Positions 46,916 through 57,076 of a stretch of DNA of 64,000 bases are shown in pieces (positions within the stretch are counted from its first letter, which is position 1; every line of letters begins with the position of its first letter). The stretch covers positions 335,860 through 399,859 of the forward strand of contig PFBI01000006.1 of assembly GCA_002773395.1 (NCBI GenBank), in the 5' to 3' direction. A program made the translations under genes and the position numbers. The notes under the pieces were generated by a model, which saw nothing but the letters and a program-made list of their open reading frames with translations, had not been told where the DNA came from and did no database searches. The stretch comes from Candidatus Kaiserbacteria bacterium CG10_big_fil_rev_8_21_14_0_10_47_16. GTDB taxonomy: Bacteria > Patescibacteriota > Minisyncoccia > Phycocordibacterales > UBA918.

Positions 46916-49322
46916 AAAACCAACGAAAACAAAAAAGGTCGCAAAGGAAAAACCACCAACACTGGTACTCCTTGATGCGCATGCAATTTTGCACCGCGCG
47001 TATCATGCACTTCCGGACTTCGCGTCCCCGACAGGTGAGCCGACGGGAGCACTCTATGGTGTTGTTTCAATGCTTCTTAAAATAGTCGAAGATGTGAAGC
47101 CGGATTATATTGTTGCGTGTTACGACCTCCCAGAACCAACCTATCGCCACGAAGCCTTTGAAGGCTATAAGGCAGGACGAGTGAAAATGGATGATGCGCT
47201 CGCGCGACAGATTGATCGTTCGCGCGATGTATTTGAAGCGTTTGGTATTCGTATTTATGAAGCGGCAGGGTTTGAGGCGGACGATATTCTCGGCACCATT
47301 GCAGAACAGTCAAAAGATTTTAAAGACCTTCACGTCATTATTGCGTCAGGCGATATGGACACGCTGCAACTCATCGAGAAGAAGCGGGTGCAGGTGTATA
47401 CCTTGCGAAAAGGTATTAAGGACACGATTCTTTATGACGAGAAAGGTGTGAAAGACCGCTTTGGATTTGGACCATTGCTCATTCCAGATTTCAAAGGACT
47501 CCGCGGTGACCCGTCGGACAATATCCCCGGCATTGTTGGCATCGGAGAAAAAACGGCAACCGAGCTCATCACGCAATTCGGCGGCATCGATGATTTGTAT
47601 AAAAAATTAAAAAAGGATCCGAATGCGTTTGAGAAAGCGGGCATTAAAGCGCGCATGATTAACCTTCTTACCGAAGGGGAAGAGGAGGCGCAGTTTTCAA
47701 AAATGCTCGCAACGATTCGAAGGGACGCGCCAATTGAGTTTGAACTTCCCGAAGGGACATGGCGGGACAAACTTGATGTGGAAGTAATTCTCCAACTTTT
47801 TGCGGAGCTCGGATTCCGTACGCTTGGCGGCCGCGTGAAAGCGCTCTTTGGCGGCAAGGATGTTATGAATCTCACTGATGAGGGAGAAGTTGTTCCGGAA
47901 GACGACTTACAAAAGACCGCAATTGCACTCTGGATTCTTGAATCAGACACAACGAATCCAACACTTGATGATATTTTGTCGTACGCACGTGGTCGCGGTC
48001 AGGAAGCAACGTATGCCGTTGCGAAGAAACTCATTTTCGATGAACTTAAAGAACAGAAGCTCAATAAACTCTACGAGGAGATGGAACTCCCGCTCATTGA
48101 GGTAGTTGATCGTATGCATGAAGTGGGTATTAAGCTTGATACTGCCTATCTCGCAAAGATTTCAAAGAAATTCCACACCGAGCTCGCGGGACTTGAAAAG
48201 CGCATTTATAAACTTGCGACCGTTGAATTCAATATAAACTCGCCGAAGCAACTCGGCGACGTGCTCTATGATACGCTCGGACTCAAAGCGAAGAATCAAA
48301 AGAAAACGGCAACAGGGCAACGTTCAACACGTGAATCAGAACTCGAGAAGCTTCGTGAGGTGCACGATATTATTCCTGAGATACTTCGCTACCGAGAATT
48401 ACAAAAGCTCGTCTCAACATACGTGGACACACTTCCGACGACAGTGGGGAAGGATGGTCGTGTACACACAACATTCCTGCAAGCGGGAACGGTAACGGGA
48501 CGTATGGGTTCAAAAGACCCAAATATGCAGAACATCCCAATGCGTACCGACGAAGGTCGGGCGATACGCCGCGCGTTTGTTGCTGAAAAGGGCTACAAAC
48601 TTGTTGCGATAGACTACTCGCAGATTGAATTGCGCATCGCTGCATTCCTCTCAAAGGATGCAAAGATGATGGAGATTTTTAAACGAGGTGAAGATGTTCA
48701 TACGGGAGTTGCGGTACGAGTGTTTGGGGTACATGCAGATGATGTGACGCCCGATATGCGTCGACGCGCAAAGGTCATTAACTTCGGGATTCTCTACGGA
48801 ATGGGCGTCAATGCGCTCAGGCAGAATCTTGGTGGGGAAACATCTCGTGAAGAAGCGCAGGAGTTTCTCAATGCATACTTCAATACCTTCACACGCCTCG
48901 CTGAGTATCTGGAAGAGGTGAAGGTGAATGCGCGGAAGACGCGCTACACCGAAACACTCTTTGGTCGCCGCCGTCACTTTCCAGGGATTGCATCGAGTTT
49001 GCCGTTTATCCGTGCGCAGGCAGAACGCATGGCGATCAACGCGCCGATTCAGGGAACAGAAGGAGATATTGTTCGTATTGCCATGAACGAGGTGCACTAC
49101 TACTTCAAAGAAAAGAAGATGCTTGATGATGTACGACTCCTGCTTCAGGTGCATGACGAACTCGTATTTGAAATCAAAGAGGAATTGGTAGAGAAAGTCC
49201 TCCCTGAAATCACCAGTCGCATGACGAGTGTCGTGTCCGAGAAGGATAGTCACGGCGTGCCGATTGATGTGGAGACGAAGATTGGCAACAACTGGGAAGA
49301 GATGGCGAAAGTTTTGAAATAA
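46905..49322 (+). CDS. polA: DNA polymerase I (5'-3' exonuclease plus polymerase; proofreading domain reduced)
   Basis: GDPSDNIPG, NINSPKQL, DYSQIELR, AINAPIQG, QVHDEL. Confidence 0.97.
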   Translation: MAAKKPTKTKKVAKEKPPTLVLLDAHAILHRAYHALPDFASPTGEPTGALYGVVSMLLKIVEDVKPDYIVACYDLPEPTYRHEAFEGYKAGRVKMDDALARQIDRSRDVFEAFGIRIYEAAGFEADDILGTIAEQSKDFKDLHVIIASGDMDTLQLIEKKRVQVYTLRKGIKDTILYDEKGVKDRFGFGPLLIPDFKGLRGDPSDNIPGIVGIGEKTATELITQFGGIDDLYKKLKKDPNAFEKAGIKARMINLLTEGEEEAQFSKMLATIRRDAPIEFELPEGTWRDKLDVEVILQLFAELGFRTLGGRVKALFGGKDVMNLTDEGEVVPEDDLQKTAIALWILESDTTNPTLDDILSYARGRGQEATYAVAKKLIFDELKEQKLNKLYEEMELPLIEVVDRMHEVGIKLDTAYLAKISKKFHTELAGLEKRIYKLATVEFNINSPKQLGDVLYDTLGLKAKNQKKTATGQRSTRESELEKLREVHDIIPEILRYRELQKLVSTYVDTLPTTVGKDGRVHTTFLQAGTVTGRMGSKDPNMQNIPMRTDEGRAIRRAFVAEKGYKLVAIDYSQIELRIAAFLSKDAKMMEIFKRGEDVHTGVAVRVFGVHADDVTPDMRRRAKVINFGILYGMGVNALRQNLGGETSREEAQEFLNAYFNTFTRLAEYLEEVKVNARKTRYTETLFGRRRHFPGIASSLPFIRAQAERMAINAPIQGTEGDIVRIAMNEVHYYFKEKKMLDDVRLLLQVHDELVFEIKEELVEKVLPEITSRMTSVVSEKDSHGVPIDVETKIGNNWEEMAKVLK

Positions 49323-49431
49323 GCCAATGTGCTTTGTCGTGACTACGATCTTGTCAGCACGGTACGTCTCTGTACCGCTTTCTCCAAGATCTTGTCGCTT
49401 CGCGCCCCTCGGCCCATTTCAAAACTTTCGC
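49305..49431. repeat. Family B palindromic element overlapping the polA 3' end
   Basis: GCGAAAGTTTTGAAAT...ATTTCAAAACTTTCGC flanking TTGTCGTG..CGGTAC..GTACCG..CTTCGC. Confidence 0.7.
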
Positions 49432-49455
49432 AAACAAGGGTAATATTACGACAAC

Positions 49456-50157
49456 ATGCTTTATAGCTTTTTTGGTACAGATGTTGTGGGAGTTCGAGAA
49501 AAAGCACATGCGTTTATGCATGGGCGAGAAGAGCAGGGGGTAAGTTCGGTGCGCATCACTCCTGAGAACTGGAGTACTTCTGGCGTTGAGGATGCAGCGG
49601 GCAGTCTGTCGCTCTTTGGCGGCGAACAGCTCTACATCGTTGATACTCCGTCGGGAGATAAGGAGATGCTCGAGTACATATTTGAAAATCTTGACATGCT
49701 CGCGGAGTCACCAAACACATTTGTACTTATTGAAGAAGGACTTCTCGCAGCGCCGAAGAAGAAGCTCCAAAAATATTCGGCAGAAGCGGTTGAAGTAACT
49801 GCAGGGAAGGTTGAACGTTTCAATGTATTTGCGCTCACGGATGCCCTCTCTCGGCGTGATAAGAAATCACTCTGGATATTATTGCAGCAAGCAAAACAGA
49901 ATGGTCTTTCCGAAGAAGAAATTATCGGGACACTCTTCTGGCAATTAAAGACGATGCGACTGGTGGCACACTCGAGAAGTGCTGAAGAGGCAGAGCTGAA
50001 ACCATTTGTATACAGTAAGACAAAGAGTGCAAACGCGAAGTTTAAAGAAGAGGAGGTGGATTTGGTTACACGAGAACTCGTTCGAGTCTATCACGATGGA
50101 CATTTAGGGAAACGCGATATCGCCATCTCACTGGAGAAGTGGGTACTCGCGCTCTAG
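49456..50157 (+). CDS. holA: DNA polymerase III delta subunit-like (short)
   Basis: SLFG motif, FNVFALTDAL, KPFV, LEK at the C-terminus. Confidence 0.75.
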   Translation: MLYSFFGTDVVGVREKAHAFMHGREEQGVSSVRITPENWSTSGVEDAAGSLSLFGGEQLYIVDTPSGDKEMLEYIFENLDMLAESPNTFVLIEEGLLAAPKKKLQKYSAEAVEVTAGKVERFNVFALTDALSRRDKKSLWILLQQAKQNGLSEEEIIGTLFWQLKTMRLVAHSRSAEEAELKPFVYSKTKSANAKFKEEEVDLVTRELVRVYHDGHLGKRDIAISLEKWVLAL

Positions 50158-50215
50158 TTGACGCAGTTGTTTGAAAAACGTAAGCTTCAATTCAGCACAG
50201 TAACGGAGAGGAAAT

Positions 50216-50701
50216 ATGCCTAGTAAGAAATGTGACAACACAAGCGTCGGAATCATCACGTTCGTTGACGGGGCACTGCTCCTGATTGATCGGGCGAAAC
50301 CGCCATTCGGGCTTGCGGCACCGGCAGGGCACGTTGACGACCACGGAAATCCGGATGATAGCCAGGAGCGCCGGTTTGGAGCTGCTGCTCGGGAAGAGTT
50401 GCAAGAAGAGACAGGTCTCATTGTGACGAAACTAATGCTGATCGGGAAAGGTGTCAAAGAAAACCCGTGTCGGCGTGAAGGAGGAAGCTGGCACTATTGG
50501 CAAATCTATCTTGCAGAAACGGAAGGCGAGATACGTCCCAGTGAAGAAGAGACGAAAGGCTATCGTCTGTTCACGAAAGAAGAGACGAAGCAGCTTCTTG
50601 CCGGAGGCACCTTTGAAATGGCGCACGGTGAAGTCTCTCTTGAACCAGTATGGCAAGACTGGTTCATGGAGCTGAAGATTCTCAACTGGTTCCGTCCATA
50701 A
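50216..50701 (+). CDS. NUDIX hydrolase
   Basis: PAGHVD...AREELQEETGL. Confidence 0.88.
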   Translation: MPSKKCDNTSVGIITFVDGALLLIDRAKPPFGLAAPAGHVDDHGNPDDSQERRFGAAAREELQEETGLIVTKLMLIGKGVKENPCRREGGSWHYWQIYLAETEGEIRPSEEETKGYRLFTKEETKQLLAGGTFEMAHGEVSLEPVWQDWFMELKILNWFRP

Positions 50702-50756
50702 CAGGTAAGGGCCGTCGCTCCGCGACGGCCCTTTTGTTTTTTGGTACTATATTTAT

Positions 50757-51221
50757 ATGAAACTCACACTTTGTGGCAGCATAGCCTTTTATCCTGAATT
50801 TGAGCACGCGCGCGACGAACTTGTAAAACTTGGGCACGAAGTACAGATTCCCGAACTTACAAAAGAAGCCCCCGAAGAATTTGGAGGCGGGAAGAAAGTA
50901 TATTTAGCCAAATATATCGAAGAAAATGGAGGTATTGATATGTTTCCCGCAGATCACCACATGTGGGGTGTAAAGACAGAGGCAATTAGAGACCATTTTG
51001 ACAAAATTGATTGGTGTGAGGGGATAGTAGTTATTAACCCCGAAAAGCGGGGAGTTCAAGGATATGTTGGAGGGAATACACTTATTGAAATTGGCGTTGC
51101 CTTTTATCTTAAAAAGAAAATTTATATTCTCAATGATGTTTCTTCCGAACTCTCATACAAACAAGAAGTGAGGGCTATGCAACCGGTGATGCTTGAGGGC
51201 GATATATCGAAAGTGAAGTAG
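50757..51221 (+). CDS. Nucleoside 2-deoxyribosyltransferase-like protein
   Basis: TLCGS, HFDKIDWCEGIVV, GYVGGNTLIEIGVA..LKKKI. Confidence 0.65.
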   Translation: MKLTLCGSIAFYPEFEHARDELVKLGHEVQIPELTKEAPEEFGGGKKVYLAKYIEENGGIDMFPADHHMWGVKTEAIRDHFDKIDWCEGIVVINPEKRGVQGYVGGNTLIEIGVAFYLKKKIYILNDVSSELSYKQEVRAMQPVMLEGDISKVK

Positions 51222-51263
51222 TTCGACAAGAGCGCTCACTATGTTATAGTTTTCGACACATTC

Positions 51264-51336
51264 CCGCCCATAGCTCAGTTGGTAGAGCAGCTCCCTTTTA
51301 AGGAGAAGGTCCTAGGTTCGAGCCCTAGTGGGCGGA
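51264..51336 (+). tRNA. tRNA-Lys(TTT)
   Basis: CCGCCCA/TGGGCGG acceptor; loop CTTTTAA. Confidence 0.93.
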
Positions 51337-51534
51337 CTCGAGTAAAAGAAAACATCAGTCTTAAAGGCTGATGTTTTCTTTTAGTACACAAACTGCTTTG
51401 TGTACGACCCGAGTCCGAACCGGAATCATGCCGGAGGCAGATGAGGTGGGGTCGCAGGCCTGACGAAGGAAGGACCTGTGACGACAAAGTTATTCGTGAA
51501 CTAGATTTGGAAGCCAATCCTGTGACGACAAACA
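51337..51534 (+). repeat. Family A element, divergent copy (after tRNA-Lys)
   Basis: Terminator, second hairpin, then CGAGTCCG complementary to the tRNA end CGGACTCG, then GGGGTCGC...TGTGAC as in copy 2. Confidence 0.6.
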
Positions 51535-51774
51535 TCACTGTCCAATAATTTGAAATAGTGCAGCCAAGGCAATTATTGCCCATATAATATTAAGTACGCC
51601 TGGCTGGTATGCTTTTTTATAAAAAGAGAGAACAACAATACCAAGGGCGCCAGTTCCGTTGAGAAATTGATACCAAAACGCAGTGGGTTCAAGTATGGAG
51701 AAGCTTACTAAAAAATATGCCAAAACAATTGCGGCTGTTCCATACCACCCAAAAAGTTCAATGAAAAGTTTCAT
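51535..51774 (-). CDS. Small membrane protein (CBU_0592-like)
   Basis: GWYG...AYFL...YQFLN..G...LNIIW. Confidence 0.75.
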   Translation of the reverse strand: MKLFIELFGWYGTAAIVLAYFLVSFSILEPTAFWYQFLNGTGALGIVVLSFYKKAYQPGVLNIIWAIIALAALFQIIGQ

Positions 51775-51783
51775 GGTAAGAAA

Positions 51784-52155
51784 TTATATCGGTAAATCAA
51801 AGGCGAAGACTCCTCCGCCGGTGATAAAGAGTGAAAGTGCGGTAGCGAGGAGGAGTGTATAGAAAAGGGCGTTCTGTATGTACGCTGATCGGAGACGTTT
51901 CGCAAAGATAATTCCAAGAAGTGAGAGGAGCATGACGGCGAGCGCAGCAATCTGTGTGTAAAAACCAAGTACGAGCATTGCGCCACTTACGAGCTCAACT
52001 GCAGCAAGAGCTACACCAACCTTCGCAGGGAAGGGGAGTTCATGTTTGCGCACGAGGTGGGTGTAGCCAAAGTACACGAGTATTGTTCCTACGAAAAAGC
52101 GAAGGATGAGATAGGCAAAGAGTGCGAGGAATTGTATTGGAAATGGATTAAGCAT
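51784..52155 (-). CDS. DoxX-family membrane protein
   Basis: ILRFFVG, ELVSG..LVLGFYTQIAA, TGGGVFAFD. Confidence 0.85.
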   Translation of the reverse strand: MLNPFPIQFLALFAYLILRFFVGTILVYFGYTHLVRKHELPFPAKVGVALAAVELVSGAMLVLGFYTQIAALAVMLLSLLGIIFAKRLRSAYIQNALFYTLLLATALSLFITGGGVFAFDLPI

Positions 52156-52179
52156 ATGATTTCTGATAGTGTAGCATGC

Positions 52180-52635
52180 ATGAATACATACGTAATTCTC
52201 CATAATGTGCGTAGCGCACACAACGTCGGTTCGGCCTTTCGGACTGCGGATGGCGCCGGTGTGAGTAAGATATTTTTAACGGGGTATACACCGGCGCCCA
52301 TTGATCGCTTTGGGAGGGTTGTTCCAGAAATTTTAAAAACATCGCTCGGTGCTACAAAGAGTGTTGAGTGGGAGGCGAGTGAAAATATCGAAGACATTTT
52401 CACTCGTCTTAAAGCAGAAGGAGTCACTCTCGTCGCGGTTGAGCAAACAGAGCACTCAATTGATTATAAAACGTTTACACCAAACGGTGACGTTGCGTAT
52501 ATTTTTGGAAATGAGATCGACGGAGTGCCAAAAGACGTCTGCAGTGCGGCGGACGTGGTTATTGATATTCCTATGAACGGAGTGAAGGAGTCGCTCAACG
52601 TCTCGGTAACGGTTGGGATTATTCTGTTTCGTTAG
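52180..52635 (+). CDS. TrmH/SpoU family RNA methyltransferase
   Basis: NVGSAFRT, FGNEIDG, IPM.G.KESLNVS. Confidence 0.93.
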   Translation: MNTYVILHNVRSAHNVGSAFRTADGAGVSKIFLTGYTPAPIDRFGRVVPEILKTSLGATKSVEWEASENIEDIFTRLKAEGVTLVAVEQTEHSIDYKTFTPNGDVAYIFGNEIDGVPKDVCSAADVVIDIPMNGVKESLNVSVTVGIILFR

Positions 52636-53905
52636 CGAGAGCGCCCATTTCTTGCTGGACTACCTTCGCATCACTCCATGGCATCTTTGTATTGTGTGGG
52701 CCCATGATATACGGGTCTGTTCCTTTGCCGCTAATTAAGACAACACCGCCGTCAGGAGCACCTTGCAGTGCAGCGCGAATTGCTTCACGTCTATCCATAA
52801 TAATTTCAAGCTTTGATTCGTCTTCAACACCGCGAACCATATCGTTGATAATCTTTCGCGGGTCCTCATCGTATGGATCTTCGTTGGTGAGAATAATCTT
52901 CTCACAGTATTCAGATGCGATACGTCCCATTTCAGGACGCTTCCACGTGTCGCGGCCACCGCCCGTATTTCCAAGGACACAGACCTTTACATCTTTCGGA
53001 AACGCTTGGTAGAGCTTTTCGAGTGAGTCGGGTGTGTGGGCGTAATCAACAACAGCCGTTACCTTTTTCTTCGAACCGGCAGGCATTTTAAATCGCTCTA
53101 CGCGGCCTTTAACAGGAGAGAGTTCCGCCAACGCTTTTGCGATGGTTGGAAGTGGAATACAGAATGCACGCGCGACGGTGATCGCAGCAAGTGCATTGTA
53201 TACATTGAAGAGTCCTACAAGTGGTACGCGAATGGTGGTTCCTTCAAGAACGAGACTCACATCCTCTCGGTTGAGCGTGTGGAGTTCCAAATCCTCGAGT
53301 GAGTAGGGGAGAGAATGCTCAACATGCGCCTTGAGGAAGTCAGACCCGTGGTCGTCATCTGCATTTGCTACCATAAAGCGTGGGCGTTTTTTTGATACTT
53401 CAAGAGCTTCAGCGAGTTTGAGTTTCGCTGCAATGTATTTTTCGTATGATCCATGCGACTCAATGTGTTCTGGCGATAGGTTTGTGAACACGAGCGCGTC
53501 GAGATGGATGAAACTGTGTCGAAACTGTTTTACACCTTCGGATGTCATTTCAATAATGGCAACTTCACAGCCCGCGTCCACTGCATCACGGAGAAATTTT
53601 TGTACAAAGAAACGACCCGGCATCGTCATCTTGTACATATTGCGTTCGCTCTTTTCTCCGATCTTAAATCTGATCGTTCCGGCAACTGCGGTCCGATGTC
53701 CGTCAGCTTCAAAGATTGCATTGATAAGCTCAACGGTCGTTGATTTACCTTTCGTACCGGTTACACCAATAACAGTGATTTCTTTTGACGGAATGCGATA
53801 GATGACCGCGCCGAGTACGGCAAAACAATAATGGTATGCGGGCTGCAGGAGTCTAAATAACGGTGTCGGTATGAGTCGTTTGATGTAGTACAGTAGTGTT
53901 CCCAT
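52619..53905 (-). CDS. murE: MurE-type Mur ligase
   Basis: GVTGTKGKST, TNLSPEH, DYAHTPDS, GGGRD..KR, SGKG. Confidence 0.92.
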   Translation of the reverse strand: MGTLLYYIKRLIPTPLFRLLQPAYHYCFAVLGAVIYRIPSKEITVIGVTGTKGKSTTVELINAIFEADGHRTAVAGTIRFKIGEKSERNMYKMTMPGRFFVQKFLRDAVDAGCEVAIIEMTSEGVKQFRHSFIHLDALVFTNLSPEHIESHGSYEKYIAAKLKLAEALEVSKKRPRFMVANADDDHGSDFLKAHVEHSLPYSLEDLELHTLNREDVSLVLEGTTIRVPLVGLFNVYNALAAITVARAFCIPLPTIAKALAELSPVKGRVERFKMPAGSKKKVTAVVDYAHTPDSLEKLYQAFPKDVKVCVLGNTGGGRDTWKRPEMGRIASEYCEKIILTNEDPYDEDPRKIINDMVRGVEDESKLEIIMDRREAIRAALQGAPDGGVVLISGKGTDPYIMGPHNTKMPWSDAKVVQQEMGALANETE

Positions 53906-53969
53906 AATAAATAGATTGGCACTAAACTCCAGTATAAAGGTTTATTGGTATCGACAGAAGGGAAAAGTG

Positions 53970-54542
53970 TTATTTCCCAAGAATCTGAAGCGCAGCTTTA
54001 ATGCGGGCATTCGTTTCCGTGATGTCCTCAGCAATGACGGCGAGGACGTCTCGCGCATCGCGCTGAGTATACCCAAGCGCAATGAGCGCATCAAGAACAT
54101 CGCTGTCACCGCTGTGTATATGTGGTGCAGGAGAATCGTCCCGTGTGAAGGCGTGCATTTTATCTTTGAGCTCAAGGATTATTTTTTCGGCAGTCTTTTT
54201 CCCGATGCCGGACATCTTTGCGAGATACGAGGCGTCTTGTTTTGCGATTGCAGTATGGAGCAGTTTTATATCGGCCTGCGAAAGAATTTGGAGTGCTGAT
54301 TTCGGACCAATCTTAGGCAAGGTAAGAAGGAGCTCAAACATCGCGAGTTCATCGTCGGTAATAAACCCATAGAGGTCGAGCGCGTTCTCGCGCACCGCAA
54401 GGTGTGTGTAGAGGCGAACAGATTCACCGAGTGCAGGGTGCGTGTGCGCAGGCATTGCCACCTTGTAGCCGATACCGCCTATCTCAATAACGACAAATTC
54501 AGCGCAACTTTCAATAATAGTGCCAGAAAGACTTCGAATCAT
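53970..54542 (-). CDS. ruvA: Holliday junction DNA-binding protein RuvA
   Basis: GIGY, LYGF, IGPKSAL, GIGKKTAEKIILELK, ALGY. Confidence 0.96.
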   Translation of the reverse strand: MIRSLSGTIIESCAEFVVIEIGGIGYKVAMPAHTHPALGESVRLYTHLAVRENALDLYGFITDDELAMFELLLTLPKIGPKSALQILSQADIKLLHTAIAKQDASYLAKMSGIGKKTAEKIILELKDKMHAFTRDDSPAPHIHSGDSDVLDALIALGYTQRDARDVLAVIAEDITETNARIKAALQILGK

Positions 54543-54608
54543 ATTCTCAGTATACGCGATTGGAGAAGACTATTGTACCCATCACCGTGGTGGTACAATG
54601 TTTTCCAT

Positions 54609-55949
54609 ATGAAAGCCATCATTCGAAATATCGTTATTGTGCCAGTTCTTGCACTCAGTCTTATAACGCCAGCGCTCGCTCAAACCACTACGCCGACAGA
54701 AAATGCACCCGAAGCGCCGAAAGGATTGCCGGCATGCGGTGCGTGGTATCAGTCTAATAAAACCCCAATCGCACTTACTGCGAGCGCAGAATCGGTGGCT
54801 GCGGGCGAGACGGTTTCATTTTCAGGAACCCTCACCAATGAAGCGCCATATGCAATTGCAGATATGAATGTGTACGTAAAGGTATTTCGCGACCGCACAC
54901 CAGGAGCGCGTGATGTAAATGGACCTGACGTTGTCGATTGGTTCCATGCGGTGTCAGACATTTCTCTGAAAGCGGGGGAGTCACGGTGGGTAACTATTTC
55001 ATGGAAGGTGCCGACAGGAGCACAACCGGGGCGATATACACTCGGTACCTATGTGACCGGTTCGGATCAGTTCGATCTCCAAGGCCTCACTTTTTCTGAT
55101 GACGCTGTGGGGAACATTACGAACTTCACTGTTACCGGTGACGATAATGGTGCGCTCGTTTTTGATAAAACATCAGTAACCGTAGCGGGGCAACCCTTCT
55201 ACTTTGCAACCTTCCCGCCCGTTGTGCTCGCGACGAGTTCGGTGGTCATTACTGCCGATATTGCAAACAGTATGGAAGATACGGTCAGAGGGACAGTTAC
55301 GTGGAAGTTGTACTCATGGGACGGCATTAGTGAAGATCGGCTCATTGAAGAATCGCACGATGACATTACACTCCCAACAAAATCAAAAGCAGCGCTGACG
55401 TATACCGTGACGGACACTGCGCACAGCGTGTACTACCTTGTGGGTGACGTTGTTGCAGAAAATGGAACGCGTTCCGTCATTGGCGCACGCTTCCTCCGTA
55501 ATGGTGTTGATGAACCGCGCTTCTCTGCAGCAGGCTCAGATTATCCGCTCGTTGGAGGAGAGAGTAAGCTCTTTGTCTGCGCGCAGAATGCAGGAAACCG
55601 TATTGCGAAAGACGTTGTCTTCAGTGTACTCGTTGTGCCACATGGGGTACGCAGCCTTTTCGGCCCTGTTGCGGAAGCGACATACGAAGGAGGATTTCCT
55701 CCGAGCGCACTCGCGTTGCCACTGCAAGCACAAAAGTCAGCAACATCATTTGATGTTATTGCACGCCTCACACAGAATGGCACGGTCATTGATTCGATCA
55801 CCATTCCATATAGTTGTAGTGCCCTTGGAACACCCTGCAATATTCTTGATACATGGTATTTACTCTACGTGGCACTAATTCTCGTTCTTCTCATTGCGCT
55901 CGCGCTCTATATACGTACACGTCGCCGTAAAAAAAGAATGTACACGTAG
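54609..55949 (+). CDS. Surface protein with Ig-like domains and C-terminal TM anchor
   Basis: Signal peptide (ALA-Q), beta-rich domains, TM followed by RRRKKR. Confidence 0.8.
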   Translation: MKAIIRNIVIVPVLALSLITPALAQTTTPTENAPEAPKGLPACGAWYQSNKTPIALTASAESVAAGETVSFSGTLTNEAPYAIADMNVYVKVFRDRTPGARDVNGPDVVDWFHAVSDISLKAGESRWVTISWKVPTGAQPGRYTLGTYVTGSDQFDLQGLTFSDDAVGNITNFTVTGDDNGALVFDKTSVTVAGQPFYFATFPPVVLATSSVVITADIANSMEDTVRGTVTWKLYSWDGISEDRLIEESHDDITLPTKSKAALTYTVTDTAHSVYYLVGDVVAENGTRSVIGARFLRNGVDEPRFSAAGSDYPLVGGESKLFVCAQNAGNRIAKDVVFSVLVVPHGVRSLFGPVAEATYEGGFPPSALALPLQAQKSATSFDVIARLTQNGTVIDSITIPYSCSALGTPCNILDTWYLLYVALILVLLIALALYIRTRRRKKRMYT

Positions 55950-56040
55950 TGTGTAGACGTGTGCTTGTCCCCAAAATAACGATACGTATGTGTATCGGCA
56001 AAGTGCTACACTAAGTAAAACGTGCTCGCACGTGTATTGT

Positions 56041-57072
56041 ATGGACACTGCTTCGCAACAACTGACGTCAAATTATACTTTGCTAAAAAGAGAGCGAAGA
56101 GGCATCCCACATGCGTTTGTTGTCATTACTATTATTGTTGGAAGTGTGTGGCATTTGTGGCAAGTTCAATACGCACACGTAACTCCACAACGTACAGGGG
56201 GAGAACTCGCTGCACTTTCGGGAGATCTTATTTTTCATACCGGGACACCAATTGAGCAGGCAAACGGGGCTGAGCTTTTGGGTATTGTGGTCTATTCTTC
56301 TGACACACCTGAACTCAGCACCGTACTTTCATCTGATGAAAACCTTTTTATATCAGGAGCAGCGCTCTCACCTGATCGAAGTCGCGCTGCCGTTGCTTCA
56401 AATATTTTTGGCGGGGAGACTGCAACCGTACAGGTTGTAACATTGAGTACCGGAGAACGAACGGTGATTGATGAAGGCGTCAGTGTCCTTTTTGGAACGC
56501 CGATTTGGTCAGCTGATGGAAGTACTTTTGTGTATACACGCGCAACACTCGACCCGAATGCAGACGGAGACGATGCACTCACCGCCATTACAGAAGAACA
56601 TATGGTGAAAGTGTCAGCCGTAAGTGGCAGTCGTGTGGATAGAGGCGAGGGGACACCCGTGGCGCTTTCACCAGATGGAAAGGCAATTCTCTCTCGTACT
56701 ATAAACGGCACGCTCGTATTTCAAGATCAAGAAGGTGTGATCACCGACCTTGAAGGAACAGATACAACAGAAATTCTTATGTGCGCCCAATCACTCGATG
56801 GGTCGCGCCTTATTTTGATACAGGGTGGCAAGGCGGCACTCTATACTATTGATTGGGGCACCCTCACACTCGGAGAAGGGGTTAGTATGGGTGACGGATA
56901 CACGAGTGCAACGTTCGATCAGTCAGATGCAATGGCACTCCTCCGTACTGATGGATCTGTTGATGTATTTCATATAGAAAACGAAACACCGGTCTTCGCT
57001 TCAACGTATCGCCTGACGATGGATGTGACTGCACAGACAACAACACTCCTTGATTGGATTAATCCGCAATAA
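56041..57072 (+). CDS. Membrane-anchored TolB-like beta-propeller, paralog 1
   Basis: N-terminal TM; LSPD, PIWSADG, LSPDG, SLDG repeats. Confidence 0.8.
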   Translation: MDTASQQLTSNYTLLKRERRGIPHAFVVITIIVGSVWHLWQVQYAHVTPQRTGGELAALSGDLIFHTGTPIEQANGAELLGIVVYSSDTPELSTVLSSDENLFISGAALSPDRSRAAVASNIFGGETATVQVVTLSTGERTVIDEGVSVLFGTPIWSADGSTFVYTRATLDPNADGDDALTAITEEHMVKVSAVSGSRVDRGEGTPVALSPDGKAILSRTINGTLVFQDQEGVITDLEGTDTTEILMCAQSLDGSRLILIQGGKAALYTIDWGTLTLGEGVSMGDGYTSATFDQSDAMALLRTDGSVDVFHIENETPVFASTYRLTMDVTAQTTTLLDWINPQ

Positions 57073-57076
57073 CGGT

